Positions 1 through 12,200 of a stretch of 64,000 bases of DNA are shown in pieces (within the stretch, counting starts at the first letter, position 1; each line of letters starts with the position of its first letter). Both the position numbers and the translations under genes were made by a program. This DNA is from Stylophora pistillata (Eukaryota), in the NCBI RefSeq assembly GCF_002571385.2, contig NW_019217912.1, forward strand, positions 319,380-383,379. Reading direction: 5' to 3'. The notes beneath the pieces are model-generated. The model had not been told where the DNA came from. It saw only the letters and a list, made by a program, of their open reading frames with translations, and made no database searches.

Positions 1-75
1 TGGGAAATTTCTGACAATTCTTTATCCTTTTTAGACATCAAAGTTTCAATTGAAGGTAACGGTTTATGCACTAGT

Positions 76-963
76 GTGTATTACAAACCTACAGACTCGC
101 ATAATTACTTGTTATATTCGTCTTCGCATCCATCTCACGTTAAGAATTCCATTCCTTTTTCTCAGTTTCTAAGACTTCGTCGTTTATGTAGTGATGACTC
201 TGATTTCCACCACAAATCAGAGTCAATGTGCCAGTTTTTCGATAAACGTGGTTACCCTGTTTCTGTCGTTCAAGCGGGTTACCACCGCGCCCAACTTATT
301 GATCGACATTCAGCACTACAAACGTCGCATAAGGAAGATTCCGACCGCATTCCATTCACTCTCACGTTTCACCCTCACAACCACTCAGTTAAATCCATCA
401 TTCTTAAAAACTTTAAATTACTTCAAAACGATCCAGAGACAAGCACTATCTTTTCGCAGCCTCCGCTCATTTCATTCAAACGCGACAAAAACATAGGCAA
501 TTTTTTGGTCAGAAGTTCTTTTCAGACTAATGACCAACCAGGCACTTTTAAATGCGCTCGTGCACGATGCAAAACGTGTCCTTTCATTCACAACACTGAT
601 AAAATATCGGGACCTAAACGATCCATTAAGATCACCGATCACTTCACGTGCACCTCCGCCAATGTAATCTATTGCATAACTTGCACTTATTGCAAAAAGA
701 TATACATCGGCGAAACAGGCAGAAGACTAGGTGACCGATTCCGAGAACACCTTCGAGACGTGGAAAGGAATGACAAGGACACATCGAAACCAGTCGCTAG
801 ACATTTTAATTTACCTAATCATTCTAAGCAACATATGGCAATCTGCGGTCTTTCCTTACACTTAGGTAGCACGGAAAGCCGTAAAAATCTTGAACAAAAG
901 CTCATCTTTCAAACCGGCAGTCTAAATCCCACAGGGATCAACGAACGCTTTTCATTCCACTAA
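76..963 (+). CDS. Penelope-like RT/GIY-YIG polyprotein, C-terminal part (frame is open from the window start)
   Basis: 295-aa ORF with VIY...YIGET GIY-YIG signature and PLE thumb motifs. Confidence 0.9.
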   Translation: MYYKPTDSHNYLLYSSSHPSHVKNSIPFSQFLRLRRLCSDDSDFHHKSESMCQFFDKRGYPVSVVQAGYHRAQLIDRHSALQTSHKEDSDRIPFTLTFHPHNHSVKSIILKNFKLLQNDPETSTIFSQPPLISFKRDKNIGNFLVRSSFQTNDQPGTFKCARARCKTCPFIHNTDKISGPKRSIKITDHFTCTSANVIYCITCTYCKKIYIGETGRRLGDRFREHLRDVERNDKDTSKPVARHFNLPNHSKQHMAICGLSLHLGSTESRKNLEQKLIFQTGSLNPTGINERFSFH

Positions 964-1056
964 TTTATTCTTGTTTTTCTCGTTGCCATGTTCCCACCAA
1001 TAACGTAGCTCCATTCTCTGCCTTTAAAAGCACACACAACCCACAATTCCTCTATT

Positions 1057-1092
1057 CGCTCCGACGAAGGGCTAACGCTCGAAACGTCAGCT
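1057..1092 (+). ncRNA. Minimal hammerhead ribozyme motif in the PLE pLTR (variant core CCGACGA)
   Basis: gct-CCGACGA-a-gggc-taac-gctc-GAAAC-GTC-agc: stem I gct/agc, stem II gggc/gctc, palindromic ACGT in place of stem III, GUC cleavage triplet. Confidence 0.75.
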
Positions 1093-1600
1093 TTTGTAAT
1101 CGTTACGGTGGCCAATTTACCACTTCAACTTTGTTGATATATCCAAATTCTTTCACAGATAGACCCTTTCTAGAAAAGGATCGAAATTGTGGTCATTTGA
1201 GTGTAAATATTGTTTGTATTTTTCTTTTTTTATGATAAACTATATTTTTACTATTAATAGCAGAGGAGCATAATCACACTCACTGTGCGAGGCGCTAATT
1301 ATTTGTTATTAGTGAGAAAGACACACGTCTACACTTAGCTTTCCTTATATTTTAGTAGCTGGAATCTTTACTAACTTGTCTTAGGCAAGAATCGACATAA
1401 CTCGCGCGCTGACGCGTCAGGTATTTCGTAATGTCTCCTAGGTTTTGATCATTACTGAATTTTGGGAGGGGTACGAATCGATCAGCGGGTGGGGAGCGAA
1501 CCGACACAAACTGGGTACGAGTCGTCAGAAATTGGGTTCGAATCGACTGAGTGCGAAACGTCCGTGAGTGAAAAGCGACTGGATTACCATTGTTTTGCAG

Positions 1601-4600
1601 GTACTTATTCAGGAGACTGGCGAGAAACGTATTATAGGATTGGGTGTTGTGGGTGAGTCTTACGACTGTCACTCCATGCCTGGCTGGTATGATGGAACAG
1701 TCGGTTACCACGCGGACGATGGGAAAATATTTGAAACTGGCTTCAGTGAGCTGGGAAGAGAAGTCGAAGGTATCGGTTACTCTGACGACAGGTTTATCTT
1801 GGTTTTGTCCCGTGGTGAGTTTGCCCCCTGAGGCAAAGAGTGTTCACCCCCTAAATCTTTCCATTCGTTTCCTAAGAGCTTTTATTTTTTTCTGAGGCAA
1901 ACGCTTCAGTTCGAAAGTACGTTAATTAAATCCTTATGAAAAGCTGGTCACACTGACAAACGAATGCAATTATCCAAGTACGAAATACGTATAGTGGTCA
2001 TTGCTTCAGATTATGTGTTGGCCCCTAATATAGCCGCTTTAGTCTAGTTTGTTCACAGAAGTTGTCCTTGAAATTTACTCTGTACGAACACTAGTATGAA
2101 ATAGTGTCAAACCTGTTAGAGAAAGACCAGAGTAATGGAGCACCTTTGCGTCACTGGTACAATAGTCACGCCTTAGTTTTGCTGTGAAATTTCATGTTGA
2201 GCAATATATATTATAATTTCAACAGAATACGATATCTCGCAAGGAAACGAGTTAAAAGATTTTGAGGGCGAATTTTTTTTACCGCAGGGGGCGAACTCGC
2301 CNNNNNNNNNNNCAAACTTCCAGGGGGTGAAACCTCCAGTTACCTTCTGTTTTCAAGGATCGGATAGCGTTTGAAAACACATTCAAGGTTTTTACTGCCC
2401 TCCTCAGTTCGACCTTGAGACAGTTTCTTTTGGTTTCAAAAAGAAAAAATATTTAAAAATGTTAGTTCATAAACATTCCAAAGATCACTTTCAAATTGTT
2501 ATAGAACCCTCTATATGACTATTCTGACTAGCCTGCGTGCAGCCGAACGAAAACCCCGGTTTTATTCGTCTGCGAATCAGCGACAAATATCTTGTTCTGA
2601 CGTAGGGAGATCAGTACTTCGTTCTGCATTTTGATTGGATGCTTCTAACGAGCACTCTCATTGGCTTACAAAATTGCCTCGTTTCAGGTCTTTCGAACAC
2701 AAAGAAAATGGCGTCTGTCGAAGAAAGTGTTTGGAGAGAAGCCTTCTCCCAAGTTCTCTCTCAATTCGGAATTATCGACTTGTTACCCGAACAAAAAAAA
2801 GCAATACGATCATTTTTAGCGGGATCTCATGTATTTGTTAATCTTCCGATGGGCTTTGGCAAGTCACTTATATTCCCATGCCTTCCCATCGTGTCAGACG
2901 TGATAAACTCCAAGCTGCGAGCTTCGAGTTTGATTGTAGTTGTTTCTCCCCTAAAATCGCTCATGAAAGATCAAGTAACCAGTTTGTCGAATCTAGGGAT
3001 TCCAGCAATAATGATCGGAGAAGAACACAACGACCCAGAAGTAATTCCACAAGTCAAAAACGGAAACTATATGGTCGTGTATATATCTCCAGAGTGTTTG
3101 TTGTCGACTTCGACTTGGAGAGGGATATTTGAAGACGATGGTTTCCGTGAAAGGCTGATTGGAATCGCTGTAATATTCTTCGAACAAACTATACATACGC
3201 GTTCCATTAAAACATTCGAGCGCTCGTGCTAAGACTTGCCCGGGAAAACAAACATGGCATATGAGGCAACCTGGTGCGAGTGATTTTCAGCCAATGAGCG
3301 CCCTCGTAAGGAACAACCAATCGAAACGAAGTACTCGAATCTCGGTACTCCAGAACAAGATATTTGTCGCTGATTCGCAGACGAAGACGGGGTTTTCGTT
3401 CGGCTGCACGCAGGCTAATTCTGACGGGCATGAAATAAACGAGGAGTATATTTTTGGTTTGCGTGAAAGATGTAGTTGTACGCCTGGGATAGAGTGTTGA
3501 AAAATTCATTTTGAAATTCATGTGTCTGGGGTGTGAAACTGGAAAAAAAAAACCCTGGATCCTTCGATCGTAAGGGGTTCCAACACTCGCCTTCTGTATG
3601 TTGATCAAGTGCTCCACAAAGAATACTTTACAGGCCAGGGAGATTCGAATCAACAAATGACACTGCTAGGATCCTTGATATCTATAGCACTCCTTGTATA
3701 AATCAGAACTACAAAGATTTAGCTTTAACTTCTGATGAACAGAAAGGTAGGTAATTGATCAAGATGGAGCAAAAATGAGATTTCACGCTGTGTTGTTACA
3801 CTGTTGTTTACCTTATGTTTGGTTTAATTTGCTATAGTTTTTGTAATGTACTAACTATGTTGATGACCTAGGGGCCATGGCTTACCGCGGTGATCTCCTC
3901 GCCTGTGAAGTTGATTTTAATGGAGTCTTCGAAGACAAAAAAATTTCGGTGTCGTTCTTCTTAAACGGTAGAGAAGTAAATAGTTCTTCAATGAAGTATA
4001 CCTCTGGAAAACAACTATTTCCCCTCGTGGCATTGGGATTTAAAGGCATTACTGTGCTCACAAAGGTATGTTCGAAAGGAGGGAGCGGCGGGAGTAGTGA
4101 TGGGCTATTAATCTATGAATTAAAGCTATGGTTTAACTTCATTAGTGACATGCTAAGAAATTAAACCTCGGCGCGCCCTTCCAGTTACAAGGGATTGTTA
4201 CTGCGGCCAAATTATAAATATGTGGCGAGGGAGCTTTCTCTGTGGCTCGAAGGAGAAACTTTGTCGTTTCCAGTGTTGAAAAGACCACTAAATTGGAAAA
4301 TTAAGCGAGACCTACCTGTAAGTTGAAGTTTGATTGAGATTCTATCACATGACATCGGAAGGCGAGAGATCACATGAGATAGCACGGCGCTTGAGCAAGT
4401 CATAATTAAAAGCCACGTATAGGGTGCATCTAAAAAAGGATGCCGGCTGAAAAGACCAAAAGTAAGAAGTGACCGGCAACCAAATTGCCCAAGAGAGGGT
4501 GGGTGTTGAAAGTGGAGGGCATGTGGTCTCTCGCCTTCTGATGTCATGTGATAGAATCTCAATCAAACTTCAACTTACAGGCAAGTGTCGTTTAATTTTC

Positions 4601-7600
4601 CTATTCTATCACATGACCGGAAGGCAGAGATCCCATGAGACTTTAAAGCGTAGATGCACCCATACGACATACACTCAAACAAGAGGCACGAAATCCACAC
4701 AAAGGTAAGGGGTGGAGCATAAACAATGATAACCATGTTTGTAATGTAGTCTAACAGTAACAAAATAAGAAAAACAGCCCATGCAATATTCCAAAAACGT
4801 ATCGGAGTTTTCACTTGTCAAGAATAGCAGAAGCAAGGCTGTTATCTGGGAAAACCGGTTTGTTGTAATATTTACGGAAGGTCTCTGCAGACTTCCAGCC
4901 TGCCTTCGCCAAGTTTCGTGGACAGGGACGTCTTTCATTAGCTTTGGAAACAGACGCCGACCAAGTGCTATGTGCCGTGAACACCTTATTATCAATACCG
5001 GAAAGTCTAAGAGTTTCCTTAGTCCACCTAGAAATCGTGTCCCTAGTTACAAGTTTATGGGGCCTAACATAACTAATAAACAGTTTTGTTTCGGTTTTAC
5101 GCAAAACCTTCGTCTTTTTTATGTATGCTTTCAAACAAGTCAAAGGGCAAATTCTACTGTCTGGCTCATAGGCAGCAATGTCAATCTTCGTATGTGGCCT
5201 TCTGGGGGGGTGCTGGTCTTCATGCGCTCAACGACGTCAAAGGAGTAAGTATCCTCCATACTAAGATGCTGTAGATTTAGGTAGTGTATCTATTGCCCTC
5301 GTTGACTCGAAAATAATAGAATTAACATAAGGACCTTGTGCGTTAAATCCTTTAAAGACAATGTTTCATTAGGGTGTAAAGAAGATAAATATTTCAAAAC
5401 CACTGAGACATCCCAAATTTTGTCATATTTAGGTCTGGGTCTACGCGATTCAAATACCCCTTTCATAAACCGTGTAACAATATGGTTGCTACCAAAGCTT
5501 CCCTCGCTGTCTATCGTAACAGTGGTAGATAAGACAGAGCGAGCAGTATTAAGGGTCGAGTAGCCAAGCCCTTGATTAAATAGCCCCAAGAGAAATTGAA
5601 GGGCGTCGCTCAGCGGTGGTGAACAACAATAAATTTGCCGTTCAGGACAAAACGCCATCCATTTTTTAACGTAAGAGGCATACTGTTTTTTAGTGCCTTT
5701 CCTCCAGGATTCCATGAGAATGTCGGTAACCTCCTCTTAAAAGTGGTAATGGCTGAAGGATCCCCTGAAAGAGGACATACCATCAGATGAAGATTCCTGT
5801 GTAGTGGATGTGGGCCACTGCGGGAGGGGTGTTGTAGAAGGTCTGGCCGTGGGAGCAGGATCCAGGGCTGGTCGCACAAATGTGCTACCAGGACTGGAAA
5901 CGACGTTTGAGTTGGCCAAAGCGGCGCGATTAGTACACCCTGTGCTCGGTCTTGACTGATCTTCAGAGGGCATATGGGGAGAAGGCTAAAGGGTGGAAAA
6001 GCATAAAAGTTTTTTCCCTTCCAACTCATAGTAAATGCGTCTACGTGTGAACTGTTAGGGTCTGCTTGCCACGAGCAGTAACTACTGATCTGACAGTTTA
6101 AGCGGCTCGCGAACAAGTCGAAGTCGAGGCCGGGGTTGTGCAACAGGATCTCGTCAAACGAGTGTTTGTTTAGCATCCACTCGTGATTATCTGAGAACAC
6201 GCGTGATTTCTCATCAGCCCCAGTGTTTAACCGACCGGTTATGTACACAGCTGAGAGCCAGATATTCCGGGGTATACACCATTCCCAAATTTGAACAGCT
6301 AGCTGGTTAAGTTCTTTGGAGTTTGAGCCTCCCATGTTGTTTATATAAGCGAGGGCTGTGGCATTGTCGATCTGAATTTGGATGTGGCAGTTGTTCATAT
6401 GGCTACAAAAACACTTTAACGCAAAAAAGGCTGCAAGTAATTCCAATACGTTTATGTTATTCGGCTTCCGAAGGGGTCCATCTCACCCCCGTTTTCTGAG
6501 TGCCTAGAACAGTTCCCCAGCCCAGTGTGGATGCGTCTGACTGAATTGAAGTGCTGGGTTTGTCGTGTTGGATATCTCGTTTGAGAGTTAGGGCATTATC
6601 ACGCCACCACTGAATTTCTGTTAAAGCGGGAGGGGATAACTGCATTTTTCCCCCGTAATCGCCCTTATTTGCTGTGAGTGTGAGATATTTATCCCGCTCA
6701 AGGTAGCGATAGTGAAGTGGTCCATACTAAGCACCAGGAAAATTGGACGCCAGAATACCGATAACCTCTGCGACCTGTCTAATTGTGAGCATTTGTGTTT
6801 TTAAGAGTATACCGCAGACAGACAGGATCCGTTAAACTTTTCCCCCCGTAAGTGTAACTGTCATAGTAATAGGATCCAGTACAAACCCTAAGAAAATTAA
6901 TTTCTGAGAGGGTATGAAAACCGATTTCTCGGGATGGATATGGAACCCTAATTTGGTAAACAAAGTGATGGTGTCAATGACGTTTTGAAGACATTCCGCG
7001 GAGGTGTCGCCTTGTAGATAAGAATCGTCAATATACCCTGAATTGCGATGTCCCATGCTCCGGAGTGTGGCATAAACAGGTTTCAATAGTTTACTAAGTA
7101 TGCGCGGGGCACTAGGTAGGCCATTAGGCAAACAGGTACATTGGTAGAAAACACCGTCAAAACAGAACTTTAAATATTTCTGATGAGATGGGTGGATAGG
7201 CACGGTATAATTCGCGCCCTTCAAGTCTACCGAAGCCATAAAACAACCTGGTCTCATCATAGTCTTTATGCATCTCTTTCTTCATGGCCGGGCGTCGGGA
7301 GTGATTCAGCTCGTAGTTGTATTGGAGTGCCATTGCAACAGCATCTTTCAACAAGGTGATCAGTTCCTTGTCTCGGCTGCATTTTTCCAGCGCCAAATTG
7401 GCGGATTTTGCCATGGCTGTAATGGCTCCGATAAGGGTGTTTTGTCCCTTCTGCGATCTTACATGCTGAGCTTTAATTGTAGTCGACAGCTGGCTCCAGA
7501 TTGAGGGGTTCACTTTCGGGGTTCGCAAACCCTGGACATTCTCTGGGCGAGGATATTTGTCCAGTTTGGCTTTGAGCTTCTCGTCCCCCATCTTTTCTGA

Positions 7601-8636
7601 TAAAAGAGTATTAAAAATAGCACCCAGTCCTTCGCGAAGGGGCGGAGAAGTCTTCTCTCTCACTGTTAAGTCTTGCGCGAGTTCCTTCAAGAGGTCTTCG
7701 CCCGGCGTAGCCTCGTTATTGTCATATTTGCCCGCAGAGGCGAGGAGCGCGGATAAATCTGCGTCCATATCCATATATTTGGCGGGCCCGTCATTAGAGG
7801 CGGTTTCACCGTCCTCATCGGAGTCCTTGTGCCCTTTCAGGAGCACTGAGCTCACTTTCTCGTTCAAGCTCCTCAGCCGGCTCAGAACTGGAACCAGGGC
7901 AGATTTGAACATATCTGCTAAAAAGATGGCTGAAGGCATACTCTGGGCGTCACTGTCCGTTGACATTTCAGGGACGCACTCGTCAGTTGTGTGGCCCTCG
8001 TGATCGGACACAATCACACTAAATTATTGGCACCCAACTAAGTTAGGGCCTAAGCTGGACTCTGATTAAGGCTAACTGCGTTAACCTCTTCAGCAGCTCT
8101 TGTCAAAATAAGGTTTTTTAGCGTAGAAAAACCAAGCTCCAAGAATTTGTATGACTTACCGCGTTAAGCGCAAATCGTGCAAATGACTTGCTCAAGCGCC
8201 GTGCTATCTCCTGGGATCTCTGCGTTCCGGTCATGTGATAGAACCTAGTTCCAATCTGTGAATCTTCAAGTGTTTGCGAATGTTCACGAAACCATTTGCC
8301 CTGTTCGACGAAAATTGTTTTAGTTATGCAGACGCCTGTGCCCTGATTAATCATGCGGTATGACTGGGCTAAGATTATGTAAATCTCGCTATGATCATCA
8401 CCGTCGGTTCTTTTTTTTTTTCATTTAAATTTTACCAATATTCCCTTTTTAAAAATGACACGTACGACTTCTGTACGTTTTAGATGTGCCATCGTGACAG
8501 AGACTGTTTCAGTAGAGTAACAAATGAAGACCTTCAGGAACAGCTTGACGAGCAAAGGAGGATCATGTCAGAACTGAGAAATTTAGCACTGCGTTTGGAG
8601 AAAAAAGAAGAACCGTTTGACCGTAAATTGAATTAA
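1601..8636 (+). CDS. Last three exons (SPRY domain + coiled coil) of an upstream paralogue of the TRP-vWA-SPRY gene; exons 1601-1769, 3872-4065, 8484-8636
   Basis: Exons have AG/GT boundaries. The first two have the same lengths (169, 194 nt) and phases as 59856-60024 and 60421-60614. Peptides VLIQETGEKRIIGLG..MPGWYDGTVGYHADDGKIF and AMAYRGDLLACEVDF..LFPLVALG match the downstream gene. The terminal exon MCHRDRD..LQEQLDEQRRIMSELRNL..stop is coiled-coil-like. Confidence 0.85.
2529..3417 (+). mobile_element. Non-autonomous Academ(H)-like DNA transposon carrying a RecQ-helicase fragment (in an intron)
   Basis: TIRs of about 70 bp or more (TAGCCTGCGTGCAGCCGAACGAAAACCCCG...CGGGGTTTTCGTTCGGCTGCACGCAGGCTA) and an 8-bp TSD ATTCTGAC (2521-2528 and 3418-3425). 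Internal ORF has RecQ motifs LPMGFGKS, VVSPLKSLMKDQ and YISPE. Confidence 0.8.
2708..3232 (+). pseudogene. Truncated RecQ-like SF2 helicase (motifs 0/I/Ia/Ib; breaks before DEAH)
   Basis: LLPEQKKAI..FVNLPMGFGKSLIF..IVVVSPLKSLMKDQV..VVYISPE; similarity ends at LIGIAV, where DEAH is expected. Confidence 0.8.
4811..5715 (-). pseudogene. DIRS tyrosine recombinase, disrupted
   Basis: SWRKGTKKQYASY..W, RFMKGVF..RP..PKY..WDV..VL, AHSTWSAS, AGWKSAETFRKYYNKP; split by stops and frameshifts. Confidence 0.85.
5610..7260 (-). pseudogene. DIRS pol (RT-RNaseH-methyltransferase), disrupted
   Basis: RT YIDD, RNase H DAS/ELLA/DN and Dam-like DLFAS/FPPF motifs in three ORF fragments. Confidence 0.88.
7157..8017 (-). 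CDS. DIRS gag-like ORF
   Basis: Upstream ORF with KYPRPENV..L.TPKVN..IW, resembling DIRS ORF1; lies 5' of pol. Confidence 0.65.
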   Translation of the reverse strand: MIVSDHEGHTTDECVPEMSTDSDAQSMPSAIFLADMFKSALVPVLSRLRSLNEKVSSVLLKGHKDSDEDGETASNDGPAKYMDMDADLSALLASAGKYDNNEATPGEDLLKELAQDLTVREKTSPPLREGLGAIFNTLLSEKMGDEKLKAKLDKYPRPENVQGLRTPKVNPSIWSQLSTTIKAQHVRSQKGQNTLIGAITAMAKSANLALEKCSRDKELITLLKDAVAMALQYNYELNHSRRPAMKKEMHKDYDETRLFYGFGRLEGRELYRAYPPISSEIFKVLF

Positions 8637-9188
8637 GTCCTTGTTTCGTTTTGCAAATAGGCGTTGCTTTTTGGTGACAGATACATTTGATTACAAGACT
8701 CGTGATTGACATTAATTCAATACAGTGATTTAATAATGTTAGTTTATCATATTTTACACCAGTTTTCAGAAGAATCAGGAAGAGAGAACTTTTTTTTATA
8801 GTCTGTTCGCTTATTTGAATCTGCTAACTTTAAGAGAGAAACCTGTTTTTACGACCCGCCACAGAAGTATTTCTAATTACGTTTTTTGATACGAGATTAA
8901 GACTTTATTTACGTTTTTCTGATTTCGAATTACAAATGTATTTCTCTTAAATCGATTAATTATTAAAGCTTGGATTAATATTATACGGTTTTGTGCTGGT
9001 GGTCTCAGCTGACCAGTTCCGAGTAAGGAAACAGTCATCAAGTGAAAAGGTAAATGCACGGTGCTTTGATGGAACAGGGGGGTGATCACTTAGAGCCATG
9101 AGCATTGAATAGAGGGAGCAAAATAAAGAAGATTTTTGAAATAATCTCAGTAATTTTACAAGTAAATATTTGTAGCTATATATCTATA

Positions 9189-9222
9189 GCTCTGATGAAC
9201 GGCTAACGCTCGAAGCGCGAGC
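9189..9222 (+). repeat. Degenerate hammerhead-repeat fragment
   Basis: gctCTGATGAacggctaacgctcGAAgcgcgagc; same family as 1057-1092, with GAAAC mutated. Confidence 0.55.
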
Positions 9223-12200
9223 TTATAAAGTAAATAAATAAAAATGTAGTTTACTTACCTATAAACAATATAGAAGGTATTGAAACCACGCATTGTGATT
9301 TATAAGTTACTTATCTTTATATAACTCTCCGACTTTAAATATCTGGTCAATAACTCTCCTCTTCAGTTACTATACAGGTCTTGCAAATTATTTGGGAGAA
9401 TGAAGTGTTCAATCAAGATTTCACTTTTATTATGAGCTAATCTACTGATTTGTTGTAAAACGCTTTGAAATTGTGAAAAGAAAAGTTTTAATGTTAATAT
9501 AGTTATATTAAATGTTTTTCTTCGTTTAGGTGTCAGTATTTTAGATGAAACAGATCGCATTCATATCAGTTTTCGTGAATTACGAATACTCTGCCTCCTA
9601 ACCATAAATTGTCTTAAGTTTGATTAAGAATTCACACTTCTTTCTCAGTGTGTGCGATTATTCAAACGATGCGTGAGTGTAAAGTCAATATTTTTGATAA
9701 GCGATAGTTTACAGTTGGTTTTATACAAGTTTTGTGCTACAGTCAAATTCCTTTAAAGTGTGCTCACTCGGGAAATTTTTGAATAAAAGAAAGGCCAAGA
9801 GAGAGGTATTTGTCTCGATTGTTGAACAAGCCCATGTCGTATCCTTTACGCATATTTCTAGTAGTAATAGGAAATACAGCCAATCAGATAAGAGGATGAC
9901 ACAATGCTCAAATCTGATTGGCTGTCTTCCATAGTGCCCCCTATCACTGCTTTCTTTTTTTATATTTCCCGGAAACTGAAAGTTGGGGGGCCATCTTTAT
10001 GCCGTTCCATTAGGTCTTCGACCTCGTGAGTTACATATTAACGAATTGTCAACTTCCTAGTGTATAAATGGAAATTAAATGTTGTTAATTACGTAGAATT
10101 GTGTTCAATCAATCTTGCCCAGCGGTTGAATTGAAAAGGTCGTGATCAGCTAAAAGATTTCAAACTATATGGACAATGTCAAAAGACTTGTACAAGGAAT
10201 TATCAAAGAGTGCGAAAATACTTTGATTCCCTTGATTCAGTGACCAAGATTGGTGGGTCTCCATACCACTGTTCCTCAGGTGGTAAAATGAAAAAGTGGG
10301 GAAGCAAGAAGACACGTTAACCTCCTCCCCCTTTTTTTTTTTTTTCGCTAGACGCACGGCAGCATAGAATCTATGTGGTCAAATGGTGCGATTCAATGCC
10401 GCAACTTACATCGTCACGCACTCTATAAGGGAGTCAAACTAATTTGAAGGGCGCTGAATAGCCTTAGAAATGTGTCATCGTCGTTCTCTTGCTATTGTTT
10501 TCGAAGGGAAGACTTAACATGTCAAAACCTGATAAGCCCCCAAGCATTGACTGCATGGAATCACGTGACAGATACCCCGGAGTGGTGGGACCACATGACG
10601 CTCATTGAACCCACGCAAACTGACAAAAAGAAACAAACAAGTTAACATCCCTAGGCCTGTTGCCTGGTACATGTGGCTTTCTCTAAAACAGAAACAAAAA
10701 ACATGTGTGATAATCAGTACTGGAATGTGTTGTAATTTAATTGAAAAGGGCAGCATGCGGAGAGCCAATCACTGACGAGCTTTGCGCGTAATGGTTAGAT
10801 GTCCTTGATCTGTTGCGTTCACCTCGTTCAAATTCAGTCTAGTTTGACTCTTTAGTTGGCAAATGAAAAGGGTAACCGTTCTCGGATTCGTATTGAAAGC
10901 GTTGAGAGAGTTTTTCAACCTCTCTCTGCATTATCTACAAAAAATAAATAATTCAAGAGTTTTATCGATGAAATATGGTGATTTCTGACCAGACTTAAAA
11001 AAGCTACGTTTCAGCCTCAACCTTTTGCCACCTGACATTAGCAATGATGCATATGCCGTAGTGTTTTCTATGCATTTTCTCTGGTACTGATAGGAGAATG
11101 TGCTCAAAAATCAGGGTCTTCTTAACCTGATGATAATTTCCCTCTTCCTCATCACTTTATTGTTTGATTCAGGGATAGGGTAAGAGGAAATAGGTGCTAC
11201 GGATAAAATGGACGATTCGATTGAGACTTTGAACCTCTTGTATTTCTTTTTTATTCCAAGCTTTCGCCGATCCGTGGAATCGTCAGTATGATACAGTTTG
11301 GCTACCTGGATGGCGCGAAGATGGTGAAAACGAGTTGTCGATCGTCTTCTTAGTGATCTTTCAAGTATTTTTCAACCTCAACTCTTTTTTTTGGGAAAAA
11401 CGCATCTTGTCCCTGATCTCCCTTACCACTCGCAAGCCAAAGATCTCTGTCCAGAGGGCCTAAATGATTTAAAATGGCGGCCAGGAAGCTATAAAGGAAA
11501 AAATGATTTGATCCCGTAACACTTTGACTCCTGAGCAGTAGAAGCATTTTAATGTGTGTTCCTGTGTGTATGCGCTCAGTATTGCACGGTGGGTAGTTGA
11601 CCAGTTCAAAACTCCGAAAAATTTTTTTTTCCGGTTGCATTGTTTGTAATATGACGACCCAAATCGACTCGACTGTGCTCCCCAAATATCTGTCGGATAA
11701 TTCTGTTACCAGATTTTTCAGAAAGAAAATCGGTCTCCCACGAGTTGTCGATCTCTGGATCTTATGGATTGATCTTGCTGAAGTGCTAAAAATCTTTTGC
11801 GCTTTCCAAAGTTTGAGATCGTTGACGATCACAAAGGAAAAGAATAACCAGATGCAAAAGTGTCATTGTAATGATCACTTAGTCGAATAAGAATTTGTTT
11901 CAAGTGAATCTTTAGTAATGATCGTCTAGATTTTTTTCCCTTTTATTATCATTCAGGCTGGACACTTTATCTGTTACGTTGTTCCGTTTCTCATGGTCAC
12001 GCAGTCGATTTGATCATTCAGAAATCATTCTGGTGTATAAACAAACCGATTCTTTGCACAATAGTATCCAATTTGGGCCGGAAAGGTAACTGTTTGCCCA
12101 GAAGGTTGATGGCCCTCAGACCATTGAGGAAACCGAGAAGCCCCTGGTAACAACGTCGAGGGATCGGAGAGAAGATTGGGATCAACCAAGTCGGTGATGA

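Larger units (their letters stand above)
1..1147 (+). mobile_element. Penelope-like retroelement, 3' part (RT thumb + GIY-YIG endonuclease + pLTR with hammerhead motif); 5' end lies outside the window
   Basis: ORF to 963 has YYKPTDSHNYL..SSHP (PLE RT C-terminal region), a Cys-rich linker (CARARCKTC), and a GIY-YIG-type motif (NVIYCITC..C.KIYIGETGR.L..RF.EH ... GIN). The 3' region carries a minimal hammerhead motif. Confidence 0.93.
4297..8243 (-). mobile_element. DIRS1-type tyrosine-recombinase retrotransposon, structurally complete but with decayed ORFs (in an intron)
   Basis: Minus-strand gag-like ORF (7157-8017), RT (VDLK..Y, LPNGL..APR, YIDD; 6832-7260), RNase H (SDAS..GWG, ELLA, DN) plus methyltransferase-like domain (DLFASRLN, DAF, YAFPPF; 5610-6645) and tyrosine recombinase (5290-5715, 4811-5143; SSQR, HST, AGW..TFRKYY). 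Inverted terminal repeats at about 8185-8243 and 4297-4403; internal complementary region at about 4519-4640. Confidence 0.92.

Noticed and set aside
2639-3232. Host RecQ DNA-repair gene
   Set aside because: It is intronless, truncated before DEAH and enclosed by TIRs and a TSD, so it is transposon cargo.
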